Counted from the first letter of the stretch, positions 26,305 through 35,932 are shown. The stretch is DNA of 64,000 nt from Phycisphaeraceae bacterium (GCA_019636675.1 JAHBXC010000001.1:1235007-1299006); one strand, 5' to 3'. A program made the numbers and translations. Notes: generated by a model from the sequence alone, not told the origin.

Positions 26305-27390
26305 GTCATGACCAGCCCGATTCTGTGTGCCGCCGCCGCGTGCGTCGGCTTGTCGCTCGCCGGGGTCTCCGACGCCGGTGGGTCGTTCGTGGCGCAGTTC
26401 GACGCGCCGACGCTGGACCGGTGGAACTACCCGTTCAACCCGTCGCCGGGCTCGAGGACGACGGCGTCGGTCTTCGGGACGGCGGGCTACGACAAGTTCC
26501 CCTTCGACGACCGCGACGCGCTGTTCCTGATCGGTTTCGACACCGGGGCGCAGGTCCCTGCCGGGGAGGCGCCGGAGCGGTACCGCGTGGTGTCTGCGGT
26601 GGTGACGGCGAGCATCGCCGTGGGCGGGGCGTTCCGGTACGACCCGACCTACGACTCGTATCGCACGCACCTGGACCCGATGGACCCCGAGTTCCTGGCG
26701 GATACGACGCCCGGTCGCCCGATCGAGCTGTTCGGGGCGGCGTTCCGGAACGGGTTCACGGCGGCGACGTTCCTTGAGAACTCGCCGCACGGGGCGGCGT
26801 TCGGTCTGGGCGTGCGGAACTCGTACGCGACGGACTACGCCGGGCCGAGCGGCGAGAGGGCGCGCGACATCGGGAACAACGTGAAGGACCGCTTCGAGCC
26901 GACGCCCTTCGCGATCGGGCAGACGAGCGACGCGGCGCCCGGCGCGCTCGTGCCGAGCGACGCGCTGTTCACCTTCACGCTGGATGTCGGGAACCCGAAC
27001 GTGCGCGACTTCCTGCGTGACGGGCTGTCGGGGGGGCGTCTGCGGTTCCAGATCTCGTCGCTGCTGTTCCCGGCGTTCAACGGGCCGGGCGTGGCGCTGG
27101 ACGATCCGCGTGGTGCCGTGATCGATTACCCCGTGTTCTATTGCAAGGAAGACAAGTTCGCGCCGTTCTTCGGGCTGACGGCGACGCTGTCCCTTGCGGT
27201 CGAGCTGGTCGACCCGCTGCCCGGCGACACGAACGGCGACGGGGTGGTGAACTTCGCCGACCTGAACACGGTGCTCACACAGTTCGGCCAGACGGGCGCT
27301 GGTCTGGCGGGCGACGTGAACGACGACGGCGTGGTGAACTTCGCGGATCTCAACGTGGTGCTGACCAACTTCGGGCAGACCGCCGGCTGA
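26302..27390 (+). CDS. Secreted hypothetical protein with two C-terminal dockerin-like (EF-hand-like) repeats
   Basis: The signal peptide is MVMTSPILCAAAACVGLSLAGVSDA. The C-terminus is GDTNGDGVVNFADLNTVLTQFGQTGAGLAGDVNDDGVVNFADLNVVLTNFGQ, a duplicated dockerin type I-like Ca-binding loop. An alternative start is GTG 26260. Confidence 0.8.
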   Translation: MVMTSPILCAAAACVGLSLAGVSDAGGSFVAQFDAPTLDRWNYPFNPSPGSRTTASVFGTAGYDKFPFDDRDALFLIGFDTGAQVPAGEAPERYRVVSAVVTASIAVGGAFRYDPTYDSYRTHLDPMDPEFLADTTPGRPIELFGAAFRNGFTAATFLENSPHGAAFGLGVRNSYATDYAGPSGERARDIGNNVKDRFEPTPFAIGQTSDAAPGALVPSDALFTFTLDVGNPNVRDFLRDGLSGGRLRFQISSLLFPAFNGPGVALDDPRGAVIDYPVFYCKEDKFAPFFGLTATLSLAVELVDPLPGDTNGDGVVNFADLNTVLTQFGQTGAGLAGDVNDDGVVNFADLNVVLTNFGQTAG

Positions 27391-27744
27391 TCAGTCCTCG
27401 GCCTTGTCGGGCTTGTCGCCCTTCTCGATGGTGTCCGCGCTGGTTCTGGCGACGACGGGGTCGAGCGCGATGGCTTCCTCGATGCGCTTTCGCACGCGCA
27501 GGAAGCGTCGCGCGCCGACGCCGATGACCATCAGGCCGAAGAGGATAAAGCAGACGCCCAGGACCTCGTAGACGAGCGAGTCGAAGAACTTGATCGCCGA
27601 CGCGCCGACGACGGCGAAGGCGAGCGCGGTTCGCAGGTAGCTCAGGAGCGTGCGCTCGTTCGCGAGGATCGTGCGGTCGATCGCGAGGTAATCGCGAAGA
27701 ACGGGTTTCTCGGCCGGGAGCTCGCTGTAGTGGATCTCGCGCAT
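27391..27744 (-). CDS. DUF202 (YidH-like) small membrane protein
   Basis: The DUF202 signature is LRDYLAIDRTILANERTLLSYLRTALAF, followed by further TM helices. Confidence 0.75.
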   Translation of the reverse strand: MREIHYSELPAEKPVLRDYLAIDRTILANERTLLSYLRTALAFAVVGASAIKFFDSLVYEVLGVCFILFGLMVIGVGARRFLRVRKRIEEAIALDPVVARTSADTIEKGDKPDKAED

Positions 27745-27775
27745 CCGGGGAGTCTATCGCCGATCGCGCTGGGGC

Positions 27776-30700
27776 TCACACGTTGAAGTAGCGGGCCTCG
27801 GGGTGGTGGACGACGATGGCGCTGGTGCTCTGCTCGGGGTCGATCTGCCAGTTCTCGGTCAGTTCACAGCCGATGCGCTCGGGGCGGAGGAGCCGGAAGA
27901 GCTTCTCCTGGTCGCTCATGTCGGGGCATGCGGGGTAGCCGAAGGAGTAGCGCGACCCGCGGTAGCCCTGCGCGAAGAGCTTTCGGATGCTGGGGGAGTC
28001 GTCGTTGGCGATGCCGAGTTCCTGGCGGACGCGTTTGTGCCACATCTCGGCGAGGGCCTCGGCGGTCTCGACGCCCATGCCGTGGAGGTAGAGGTACTCG
28101 GCGTACTCGTTGCGCTCGAAGAGTTCCTTGGCGCGTCTGGAGACTTCCTGGCCCATGGTGACGCACTGGAGCGCGATGACGTCGCGCTGGCCGCTGTCGA
28201 GGGGCCGGAAGAAGTCGCTGATGCAGAGTCGCTTGTTGGATTCCTGACGGGGGAAGGAGAAGCGTTCGAGCTCGCGCGACGGGTCGGCGGGGTCCCAGAC
28301 GATGAGGTCGTCGGCGTCGCTGTTGCAGTGGTAATAGCCGTACACGACCGCGGGGCGGAGGATCTTCTCGCGCCTGCACTGCTCCTTGAGGCGTGCGAAG
28401 ATGGGCTCGACCTCGTGCTCGACGAACTTCTCGTAGTCGGCGTCGGAGCGCGCGCCCTTGCGGAACTGCCACTGCCCTCGGAAGAGGGCGATGGTGTTGA
28501 TGAAGGGGTAGATGGCGTCGAGGTCGAGCGAATCGACGACGCGCGATCCGAGGAAGGGCGGCTCGGGGATATCGACGTCGACGCGGACCTCGCTGCGCAC
28601 GCGCGGTGCGGCCGGGGCGGCGACGCCCCCCTCCTGCGCCTCGCGCTCCCTGCGCAGGCGTTCGCCCTCGCGCGCGGCGCGCGAGCGTTCGACGGTCTCG
28701 TCGGCGGCGGCGCGTTTGACGAGTCGCTCCTCGATCTCGGCGTCGAGGGCGGTGAGCGTGTTGCCGGCGAGGGCGTCCATGATGCGCAGGCCCTCGAAGG
28801 CGTCGCGCCCGAAGTAGACCTTGCCGCTGGTGTAGGTCGCGCGGAGCGTGGTTTCGCAGTAGTGGCGCGTGAGGGCCGCGCCGCCGAGCAGGACGGGAAC
28901 GCCGACGCCCTGGCGGGCCATCTCTTCGAGGTTCTGCTGCATCACGCCGACGCTCTTGACGAGCAGGCCGCTCATCCCGATGGCGTGGGCGTCGTGCTCC
29001 CTGAACGCGTTCATGATGGAGGCGACGGGCTGCTTGATGCCGAGGTTGATGACCTCGTACCCGTTGTTGCTGAGGATGATGTCGACGAGGTTCTTGCCGA
29101 TGTCGTGGACATCGCCCTGCACGGTCGCGAGGACGATCTTCGCCTTTTTGGCGCCGGCGCCCTCGACCTTGGGCATGTGGGGTTCGAGGTGGGCGACGGC
29201 GGCCTTCATGACCTCTGCGCTCTGGAGCACGAAGGGCAGCTGCATCTCGCCGGCGCCGAAGAGATCGCCGACGGTCTTCATGCCGTCGAGCAGGTGGTCG
29301 TTGACGATGGCGAGGGGCGGGTACTTCGTCATCGCCTCGTCGAGCGATTCCTTCAGGTTGCGCATCTCGCCGTCGATGATGTGGCGGCGGAGGCGCTCTT
29401 CGACCGCGAGATCCTCGATGCGTTCGCGTTTGACCGTGTCGTCCTCGTCGGCCGGGAAGTGCTCGACGAAGCGCATGAGGGGGTCGCCCTTCTCGCGCCG
29501 GTCGTAGAGCAGGTCGAGCGCGACCTCCCAGCGTTCGTCGCTGATCTTGTTGCGCGGGAGGATCTTCGAGGCGTGCACGATGGCGGCGGTCAGGCCCGCC
29601 TCGCGGAGTTCGTGCAGGAAAACGCTGTTGAGCACCACGCGGGCGGCGGGCTTGAGCCCGAACGACACATTCGACAGCCCGACCACGGTGTGGCACTCGG
29701 GCAGTTCCTGCATGATCCGCCGCGTGCCCTCGATGGTTTCGAGGGCGAGGCGCCGATCGGCCTCGACGCCTGTGGTGACGGGGAGCACGAGCGGGTCGAA
29801 GAGGATGTCGCCGGGCGCGAGGCCGTGGCGGTTGACGGCGAGGTCGTAGATGCGTTTGGCGATCTCGAGCTTGCGCTGGGCGGTCTTGCCCATCGCCTCC
29901 TGCGGGTCGTCGTCGATCGTGCCGGCGACGACGGCGGCGCCGTAGGTCTTCGCGAGCGCGCACATGACGCCGAGTTTCTCCTCGCCGTCCTCGAGGTTCA
30001 TCGAGTTGAGGATGCACTTGCCGCCGGCGTGCTTGAGGCCTTCCTCGAGGACATCGACCTGGGTTGAGTCGAGCATGAGGGGCGCGCTGACCTGGCGCAC
30101 GAAGCGATGGACGAGCTCGCGCATGTCGGTGACGCCGTCGCGCCCGACATAGTCGACGCAGAGGTCGATGACGTGCGAGCCGTCCTTGATCTGCTCGCGG
30201 GCCATGGAGACCATGCCGTCGAAGTCCTGGGCCTCGAGGAGCTGCTTGAACTTGCGGCTGCCGTTGGTGTTGGTGCGTTCGCCGACGACGAGGAAGGAAT
30301 TGTCCTGGCGGAACTCGGCGGTGGAGTAGAGCGATGTTGCGGCGCGGGGCCACGGGGCTCGCTGGCGCGCACCGGGGGCGCGGTCGCCGATGCGTTTGAC
30401 GAGTTCCTCGATATGGGCGGGCGTGGTGCCGCAGCAGCCACCGACGACGGACACACCGTCTTCCTCGACGAAGCGTGCGATTGCCTCGGCGAATGGTTTG
30501 GGGGTGAGGGGGTATTCGGTGCGTCCGTCGACGAGGATCGGGAGCCCGGCGTTCGGGACGACGCTGACGTGGCGGTCCCAGTGCTTGCTGAGCCACTTGA
30601 TGTGCTCGGCCATCTCGACGGGGCCGGTGGCGCAGTTGAGCCCGAGGGAGAAGATCGGGAAGTTGCGGAGCGCCTCGGCGGCGGCGGCGATCTCGGTGCC

Positions 30701-31363
30701 CAGGAGCATCGTGCCGGTGGTCTCGATGGTGACGGAGACCATGATGGGGATCTGCTGCGCGGTGCGTTTGCGCTCGTCGAGCGCTTTGAGACAGGCGTTG
30801 ACGGCGCACTTGACCTGGAGCAGATCCTGGCAGGTTTCGATGAGGAGGGCGTCGGCGCCGCCGTCGATGAGGCCTCGCGCCTGCTCGGCGTAGGACTCGA
30901 GCATCTCGTCCCAGGTGGTGTTGCCGAGGGAGACGAGGCGCGTGCCGGGTCCGATGGATCCGAAGACGAAGCGGGGCTTGTCCTTGGTGGAGTGCTTGTC
31001 GCAGGCGGCTCGCGCGATCTCGGCGGCCCGCTTGTTCAGGTTGTATGTCTCTTCGACGAGGTCGAACTCGGCGAAGACGAGCTTGTTCGCGCCGAAGGTG
31101 TCGGTCTCGACGGCGTCGGCGCCGACGCGGAGGAAGGACTCGTGGATGCCCTGGATGATCTCCGGGCGCGTCTGGACGAGGATCTCGGTGCAGTTCTCGC
31201 GGCCGAGATAGTCGCGGTGCAGGTCGCAGTCGCACTGATGGATGGAGGTGCCCATCGCGCCGTCGAGGAAGAGCACGCGTTTCGCGATGGCCTGTTCGAG
31301 GGGACTGGCGGGCATGTCTGATCCTGGGTGATCGCGGCTGGTCGCCGGGTCGGTGTGCTTCAT
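27776..31363 (-). CDS. metH: Cobalamin-dependent methionine synthase
   Basis: All four modules are present. The Hcy-binding module has LDGAMGT, GLNCATGP, GGCCGTTP. The pterin-binding module follows. The B12-binding module has GDVHDIGKN...MSGLL...GGA. The AdoMet activation domain has RYSFGYPACPD. An alternative start at ATG 31315 (MPASPLEQ...) fits canonical N-termini better. Confidence 0.95.
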   Translation of the reverse strand: MKHTDPATSRDHPGSDMPASPLEQAIAKRVLFLDGAMGTSIHQCDCDLHRDYLGRENCTEILVQTRPEIIQGIHESFLRVGADAVETDTFGANKLVFAEFDLVEETYNLNKRAAEIARAACDKHSTKDKPRFVFGSIGPGTRLVSLGNTTWDEMLESYAEQARGLIDGGADALLIETCQDLLQVKCAVNACLKALDERKRTAQQIPIMVSVTIETTGTMLLGTEIAAAAEALRNFPIFSLGLNCATGPVEMAEHIKWLSKHWDRHVSVVPNAGLPILVDGRTEYPLTPKPFAEAIARFVEEDGVSVVGGCCGTTPAHIEELVKRIGDRAPGARQRAPWPRAATSLYSTAEFRQDNSFLVVGERTNTNGSRKFKQLLEAQDFDGMVSMAREQIKDGSHVIDLCVDYVGRDGVTDMRELVHRFVRQVSAPLMLDSTQVDVLEEGLKHAGGKCILNSMNLEDGEEKLGVMCALAKTYGAAVVAGTIDDDPQEAMGKTAQRKLEIAKRIYDLAVNRHGLAPGDILFDPLVLPVTTGVEADRRLALETIEGTRRIMQELPECHTVVGLSNVSFGLKPAARVVLNSVFLHELREAGLTAAIVHASKILPRNKISDERWEVALDLLYDRREKGDPLMRFVEHFPADEDDTVKRERIEDLAVEERLRRHIIDGEMRNLKESLDEAMTKYPPLAIVNDHLLDGMKTVGDLFGAGEMQLPFVLQSAEVMKAAVAHLEPHMPKVEGAGAKKAKIVLATVQGDVHDIGKNLVDIILSNNGYEVINLGIKQPVASIMNAFREHDAHAIGMSGLLVKSVGVMQQNLEEMARQGVGVPVLLGGAALTRHYCETTLRATYTSGKVYFGRDAFEGLRIMDALAGNTLTALDAEIEERLVKRAAADETVERSRAAREGERLRREREAQEGGVAAPAAPRVRSEVRVDVDIPEPPFLGSRVVDSLDLDAIYPFINTIALFRGQWQFRKGARSDADYEKFVEHEVEPIFARLKEQCRREKILRPAVVYGYYHCNSDADDLIVWDPADPSRELERFSFPRQESNKRLCISDFFRPLDSGQRDVIALQCVTMGQEVSRRAKELFERNEYAEYLYLHGMGVETAEALAEMWHKRVRQELGIANDDSPSIRKLFAQGYRGSRYSFGYPACPDMSDQEKLFRLLRPERIGCELTENWQIDPEQSTSAIVVHHPEARYFNV

Positions 31364-31383
31364 CCGTTCATCCGGATGAACGG
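31364..31383. promoter_or_regulatory. Perfect 20-nt palindrome abutting the annotated metH start codon
   Basis: ccgttcatccggatgaacgg equals its own reverse complement and lies immediately 5' of ATG 31363 on the minus strand. It could be an operator or a translational hairpin. Its function is unknown. Confidence 0.35.
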
Positions 31384-31699
31384 GAAGACGTAACGATACG
31401 TGGGGGAAGGGTTGGTTTCCAGCGCCAGCGGCGGGGCGCTGTCGCGCGGAAAAAAACGAACAACGCGCATCTGGAGCGCGCGACGAGGGTTGTCATTCGC
31501 GGCGCGCCGTTGCCGCTGATGGATGTGTCGAACCGTTTGGAACCGGGTGCGAAAGACAGTGCCATCAGTCATGCCATTGCGCGTGATTGTTCGATAGTTC
31601 GCGCGTCGAAAGACGCTCGCGTGTGTGCCGCCCGAAAGCGGCGGTCAAGGAACGGCGCCCCGGTCACGGGCGCGACTCTCTCCTAAACAGGTTGAAACA

Positions 31700-33475
31700 A
31701 TGCGTTTACGAAGCCTCGTCGCCTTGGCAACGGTTTTCGTCCTTTCGTTCGGGGCTGCCGCCGGCTGGCCCCGCCACGACACGAACCGCGACGGCGTCAT
31801 CAACTTCGCTGACCTTTCGCTCGCGGTGCAGAGCGGGGACTACCAGCTGGTGAACATGGTGCTGTCGCACTGGGGCCAGGACGTGCTGTCGCAGCCGACG
31901 GGCAACCCGAACGCGCCCGGGGCGGACGCGAAGGCGATCGCCCGCTGGAACATGGTGCCCTGGCAGACTTTCACGGGCGAGTTCAACGTGGGCGTGGTGG
32001 CGTTCCACATCAACGGGATCGGCGCCGTGTCGTTCAGCGTGAACGGGGGGGCGTGGGTGGATGTGACGGAGATGACGCTGAACCCGGAGTCGGGGACCTA
32101 CGAGTACTGGATCCGCGTGAACGCGGCGGACTACGCGGACGGGCTGGTGGAGATCAGGGCTGTGGCGTTCCCGGTGAACGGGATGCCGCGGGTGCTGGCG
32201 GGGGAGATCGACACCGCAACGATCAAGAACGGCGAGCACTCGATCCTCGTGAACATGAACGCCGGAGGCACGCTGCCCTCGCCTGTCCGCTATGTCTCTG
32301 GCAACGGCAGCGACGACACCGGCGACGGCTCGCGCGACAACCCGTTCCGCACACCCTACTTCGCGCTGCAGAGCATCCAGCACGCCGCTGGCAGCAGTGT
32401 CGCGGACGCCTGCGACGGGGCGATCATCTATTGCCTGCCCGGAGAATACACATGGGGACCGGCGACGAGCCCCAACCCCAGGACACTCAACCGCTGGGCG
32501 ACGATCACGACGGCGCCCGGCGTGAGTCGCGATGATGTTGTTTTCAATAGCTATACAGGCGGGGGTTTCCGCACTCGCCTCATCGCCGCGAAGAATATCC
32601 GGACCGAAGGGGAAATGCTATTCCGATCCACTGGTTCGGAGAAGTTTCTCTGGGTCAACGAGTGCGATGTCATAGGTGCTGGGCGGATCGACGACCGTTC
32701 GCCGCTCAACGGACATGTCTGGACCGGGGTTTGGGTTACGGATACGAGCGTGAGCGATGTCCGTGATGCCGTGCAGCACGCCACTCTCGCACGGAATGTT
32801 CATGTCAACAGAATTAGCTGCGATGCGTTCAGTATGTCCAGGCTCGTTGTGAATAGCACCGTTCACGACATCGATAGCTCCGGGACAGACGCTCACCCCG
32901 ACATCTATCAGTTCAAGGGGAGCGAGAACATCGATAACCACATCGTGTACGGCCTTCGCGCGACGGCGATCCGGGCCCAGGGAATCTTCGCGCGAGGTCC
33001 GGACCGTGTCGACAATATTGCCTTCGTCAACGCGCTGCTCGAGCGATGCCCCTCATTAGAGAGCGCCGGCAGATCCTCTCAGTGGATGGATGTTGCTACA
33101 AATCATTTGCTCTTGATCGGAATCTCGACGCCCAACTATACCTTTGCCTGGCGAACCTCTGACCTGCGCAACATTCTGGTGCGCGGGTCAGTGTTTCACA
33201 AGATGTCCACCGGTGCAACGAGTTCGGGAGGAACCGCGGTGATCTCTGACACTTGGTTCAGGAACAACCATTTCATCGATGTGACTTCCTTCGGTGCGCG
33301 CGTCGCGGGCCTCGACGCCACCACCGGCGACCCGGGCTTTGTGGCTCCCGATGAAGCAGACTACAGGCCGTCCAGTTCGTCCCCGCTCCTGCGTCGTCTC
33401 CCGCCGCTGATGCCAGCCGACACGGCGCACAACGTTCGCCCACCACTGGCGAGCGTTGGCGCCTTCGAGCGCTGA
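31700..33475 (+). CDS. Secreted protein, probable right-handed beta-helix (pectate-lyase-like) fold, with an N-terminal dockerin-like loop
   Basis: The start is ATG 31700, with signal MRLRSLVALATVFVLSFGAAAG. A single Ca-loop-like motif DTNRDGVINFADLS follows. Repetitive N/D/G-rich beta-strand periodicity appears later (NVHVNRISCDAF.., VVNSTVHDID.., IAFVNALLE..). The fold assignment is by eye only. Confidence 0.6.
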   Translation: MRLRSLVALATVFVLSFGAAAGWPRHDTNRDGVINFADLSLAVQSGDYQLVNMVLSHWGQDVLSQPTGNPNAPGADAKAIARWNMVPWQTFTGEFNVGVVAFHINGIGAVSFSVNGGAWVDVTEMTLNPESGTYEYWIRVNAADYADGLVEIRAVAFPVNGMPRVLAGEIDTATIKNGEHSILVNMNAGGTLPSPVRYVSGNGSDDTGDGSRDNPFRTPYFALQSIQHAAGSSVADACDGAIIYCLPGEYTWGPATSPNPRTLNRWATITTAPGVSRDDVVFNSYTGGGFRTRLIAAKNIRTEGEMLFRSTGSEKFLWVNECDVIGAGRIDDRSPLNGHVWTGVWVTDTSVSDVRDAVQHATLARNVHVNRISCDAFSMSRLVVNSTVHDIDSSGTDAHPDIYQFKGSENIDNHIVYGLRATAIRAQGIFARGPDRVDNIAFVNALLERCPSLESAGRSSQWMDVATNHLLLIGISTPNYTFAWRTSDLRNILVRGSVFHKMSTGATSSGGTAVISDTWFRNNHFIDVTSFGARVAGLDATTGDPGFVAPDEADYRPSSSSPLLRRLPPLMPADTAHNVRPPLASVGAFER

Positions 33476-33555
33476 ACTGCGAAGAACGAAAAGCACGCCC
33501 CCCGCATCCCAATCCCCCAACGAGGGTACGCTACTGCCCCCGATGGAGTGATTGC

Positions 33556-34566
33556 ATGACCCACCCACCCGGCAGCGACGCCGTCGTCCTGAGCGCCATC
33601 ACCAAACGATTCGGCTCCAAGGCCGCTGTCGACTCGCTCGACCTGCGGATCCCGGCGGGGTCGCTCTGCGGCTTCCTGGGGCCCAACGGGGCCGGGAAGA
33701 CCACCACGATCCGCATGATCATGGCGATCATCCTGCCCGACTCCGGCTCGCTGGAGATCCTGGGCAGGCGGTCCGCCGTCGAGAGCAAGGACCGGATCGG
33801 GTACCTGCCCGAGGAGCGCGGCGTCTACCGGACCATGCGCGTCGGGGATTTCCTGACCTACATGGCGCGGCTCAAGGGGGCCGACGCGTCGGGGCTCGGC
33901 GCGCGGATCGACGGGTGGCTCGAGCGACTCGCCCTGCCGGGCGTACGGAAGAAGCGCTGTCAGGAGCTCTCCAAGGGCATGCAGCAGAAGGTGCAGTTCA
34001 TCAGCACCGTGATCCACGACCCGGACCTGATCATCCTGGACGAGCCCTTCAGCGGGCTCGACCCGGTGAACGCGAGGCTGCTGCGCGAGCTCATCCGTGA
34101 GCTGAACACGCAGGGCAAGACGATCATCTTCAGCACCCACGTGCTGCCGGTCGCGGAGCAGATCTGCCAGCGCGTGGTGATGATCAACCGGGGTCGCAAG
34201 GTGCTCGACGGGACGGTGGGCGAGATCCGCGCCGAGTACGACCCACGGACGCTGGTGGTCGAGACCGTGTCGCGCCAGGACGCCGACCCGTCGCGGTTCG
34301 AGCGCGTCGAGGGGGTGCGCCACGCGTCGCTCATGAACGACAGCGCCGCGTCCCGGATCGAGCTCCACCTGCGCGACGACGCGGACCCCCAGCGGGTCAT
34401 GCGCGACGCGTCGCTGGTGGCGCCGGTGCGCCGGGTCGAGCTGCGTTCCGCGACGCTCGAGGACGTGTTCGTGCAGCTGGTCGCCGCGGGCGACAGCGAG
34501 GACGAGGTGAGGCGTTCGCTGCGCGCGGACGCTTCGGAGGCCGAGATGGAGCCCGCCAATGCGTAG
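33556..34566 (+). CDS. ABC transporter ATP-binding protein (ABC-2/NatA-like)
   Basis: It has Walker A GPNGAGKTT, signature LSKGMQQKVQF, Walker B IILDEPFSGLDP, and H-loop STHVL. Confidence 0.9.
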   Translation: MTHPPGSDAVVLSAITKRFGSKAAVDSLDLRIPAGSLCGFLGPNGAGKTTTIRMIMAIILPDSGSLEILGRRSAVESKDRIGYLPEERGVYRTMRVGDFLTYMARLKGADASGLGARIDGWLERLALPGVRKKRCQELSKGMQQKVQFISTVIHDPDLIILDEPFSGLDPVNARLLRELIRELNTQGKTIIFSTHVLPVAEQICQRVVMINRGRKVLDGTVGEIRAEYDPRTLVVETVSRQDADPSRFERVEGVRHASLMNDSAASRIELHLRDDADPQRVMRDASLVAPVRRVELRSATLEDVFVQLVAAGDSEDEVRRSLRADASEAEMEPANA

Positions 34567-35932
34567 CCCTGCCCGCAAGATCATGGATGTCGCCGGGCGT
34601 GAGTTCCGCTCGACGACGCTGACCAAGGCGTTCCTGTTCGGCGTGGTGCTGTTCCCGCTGATCGTGTTCGGGATCATCACCGTCGTCGCGCCGCTGTTCG
34701 ACAGCCCCGAGAAGCGGCTGGAGGGCGCGATCGCGGTGTACGACCGGACCTCACCGGAGCGAGAGGTCGAGGGCGCGATCCGGGCGGCGTTCGAGCCGGC
34801 GCGGATGCAGGCGGAGTTCGACGAGCGTCTCGCGAAAATCGAGGCGGAGATCGACCAGCGCGTGAAGCTGAACGCGCAGCAGCGCGCCGTCGCGATCACG
34901 CAGCTCAAGAAGCGTCTGCCGGGCGGGCCGACGAGCGTCGATGTCAGGCGCCTGGAGTCCGAGGCGGAGGTCGAGCCGGCGAAGGAGCGGGTTCGCGCGG
35001 GTGAGCTTCTCGCGGTGATCGATATCGCGGAGAACGCGAACAAGCCGGGTGGGATGTACTTCATCGCGACGCCGCCGGATCTGGCGAGAGAGCTCAACTC
35101 GAAGCTGCGCAGCGTCGTGGAGCGGTCGATCGTGGACGCGCGCCTGCGCGCCGCGCAGTACGACCCCCCCACCGTGCGGACGCTCATGGCGCCGCCCTCG
35201 GCCCAGCAGGTGACGATCACCGAATCGGGCGAGATGAAGTCGAACGAGGCGATGCAGTTCATCCTGCCCCTCGCGTTCATGATGCTGCTGTGGATAGCGT
35301 CGTTCAGCGCGGGGCAATACCTGCTGACGACGACGATCGAGGAGAAGTCGAGCCGCGTGATCGAGGTTCTTCTGTCGGCGGTCTCGCCCATGCAGCTGAT
35401 GACGGGCAAGATCATCGGGCAGCTGCTGGTGGGGCTGACGATCATCGGCGTGTACGCCGGGCTCGGGCTGCTGGCCGCCAGCCAGTTCGGGTTCCTCGCG
35501 CTGATCCCGCTGCAGAACCTGGCGTATCTGGCGATCTACTTCCTGATGGCGTTCTTCCTGATCGGGTCGTTCATGGCGGCGATCGGTTCGGCGGTGAACG
35601 AGCTGCGCGAGGCGCAGTCGTTCATGAGCGTGATCATGATCGTGTTCATGATCCCGATGTTCCTGTTCGTGCCGATCATCGAGGGCCCCAACAGCACCTT
35701 CAGCACGGTGGCGTCGTTCATCCCGCCTCTCACGCCCTTCGTGATGATCCTGCGCCTCGGCCAGAGCGCCGAGCCGATCCCGATGATCCAGATCGTGGGG
35801 TCGATCGTGGTTGGCTACGCGGGCGTGCTGGTGTCGATCTGGGCCGCCGCGAAGATCTTCCGTGTCGGCGTCCTGATGTACGGCAAGCCCCCCACCCCGG
35901 CGACGCTCATCAAATGGTTGCGCTACGCGTGA
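34559..35932 (+). CDS. ABC-2 type transporter permease (NatB-like)
   Basis: It overlaps the ATPase gene by 8 nt. It has an N-terminal TM helix, a ~200 aa extracytoplasmic loop, then 5 TM helices, which is the ABC-2 membrane architecture. Confidence 0.8.
   Translation: MRSPARKIMDVAGREFRSTTLTKAFLFGVVLFPLIVFGIITVVAPLFDSPEKRLEGAIAVYDRTSPEREVEGAIRAAFEPARMQAEFDERLAKIEAEIDQRVKLNAQQRAVAITQLKKRLPGGPTSVDVRRLESEAEVEPAKERVRAGELLAVIDIAENANKPGGMYFIATPPDLARELNSKLRSVVERSIVDARLRAAQYDPPTVRTLMAPPSAQQVTITESGEMKSNEAMQFILPLAFMMLLWIASFSAGQYLLTTTIEEKSSRVIEVLLSAVSPMQLMTGKIIGQLLVGLTIIGVYAGLGLLAASQFGFLALIPLQNLAYLAIYFLMAFFLIGSFMAAIGSAVNELREAQSFMSVIMIVFMIPMFLFVPIIEGPNSTFSTVASFIPPLTPFVMILRLGQSAEPIPMIQIVGSIVVGYAGVLVSIWAAAKIFRVGVLMYGKPPTPATLIKWLRYA

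Noticed and set aside
27803-31321. Several long ORFs overlapping metH (27864..31235, 1123 aa, same strand in another frame; 27803..30067 and 30107..31321 antisense).
   Set aside because: They are extremely Arg/Pro- or Gly/Asp/Val-rich. metH in the chosen frame has all four canonical modules.
31384-31620. A known riboswitch (SAM-I/II, SAH, cobalamin, THF) upstream of metH.
   Set aside because: I compared the minus-strand leader with the conserved cores I remember and found only a weak resemblance (gcaacggcgcgcc versus the SAH AACGGCGCUC segment), without the complementary GAGGAGCG half. That is not enough to call a riboswitch and needs an Infernal scan.
33361-35445. 694-aa minus ORF antisense to the ABC ATPase and permease genes.
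   Set aside because: It has no motifs and a biased composition. The plus strand carries Walker A/B and signature motifs.
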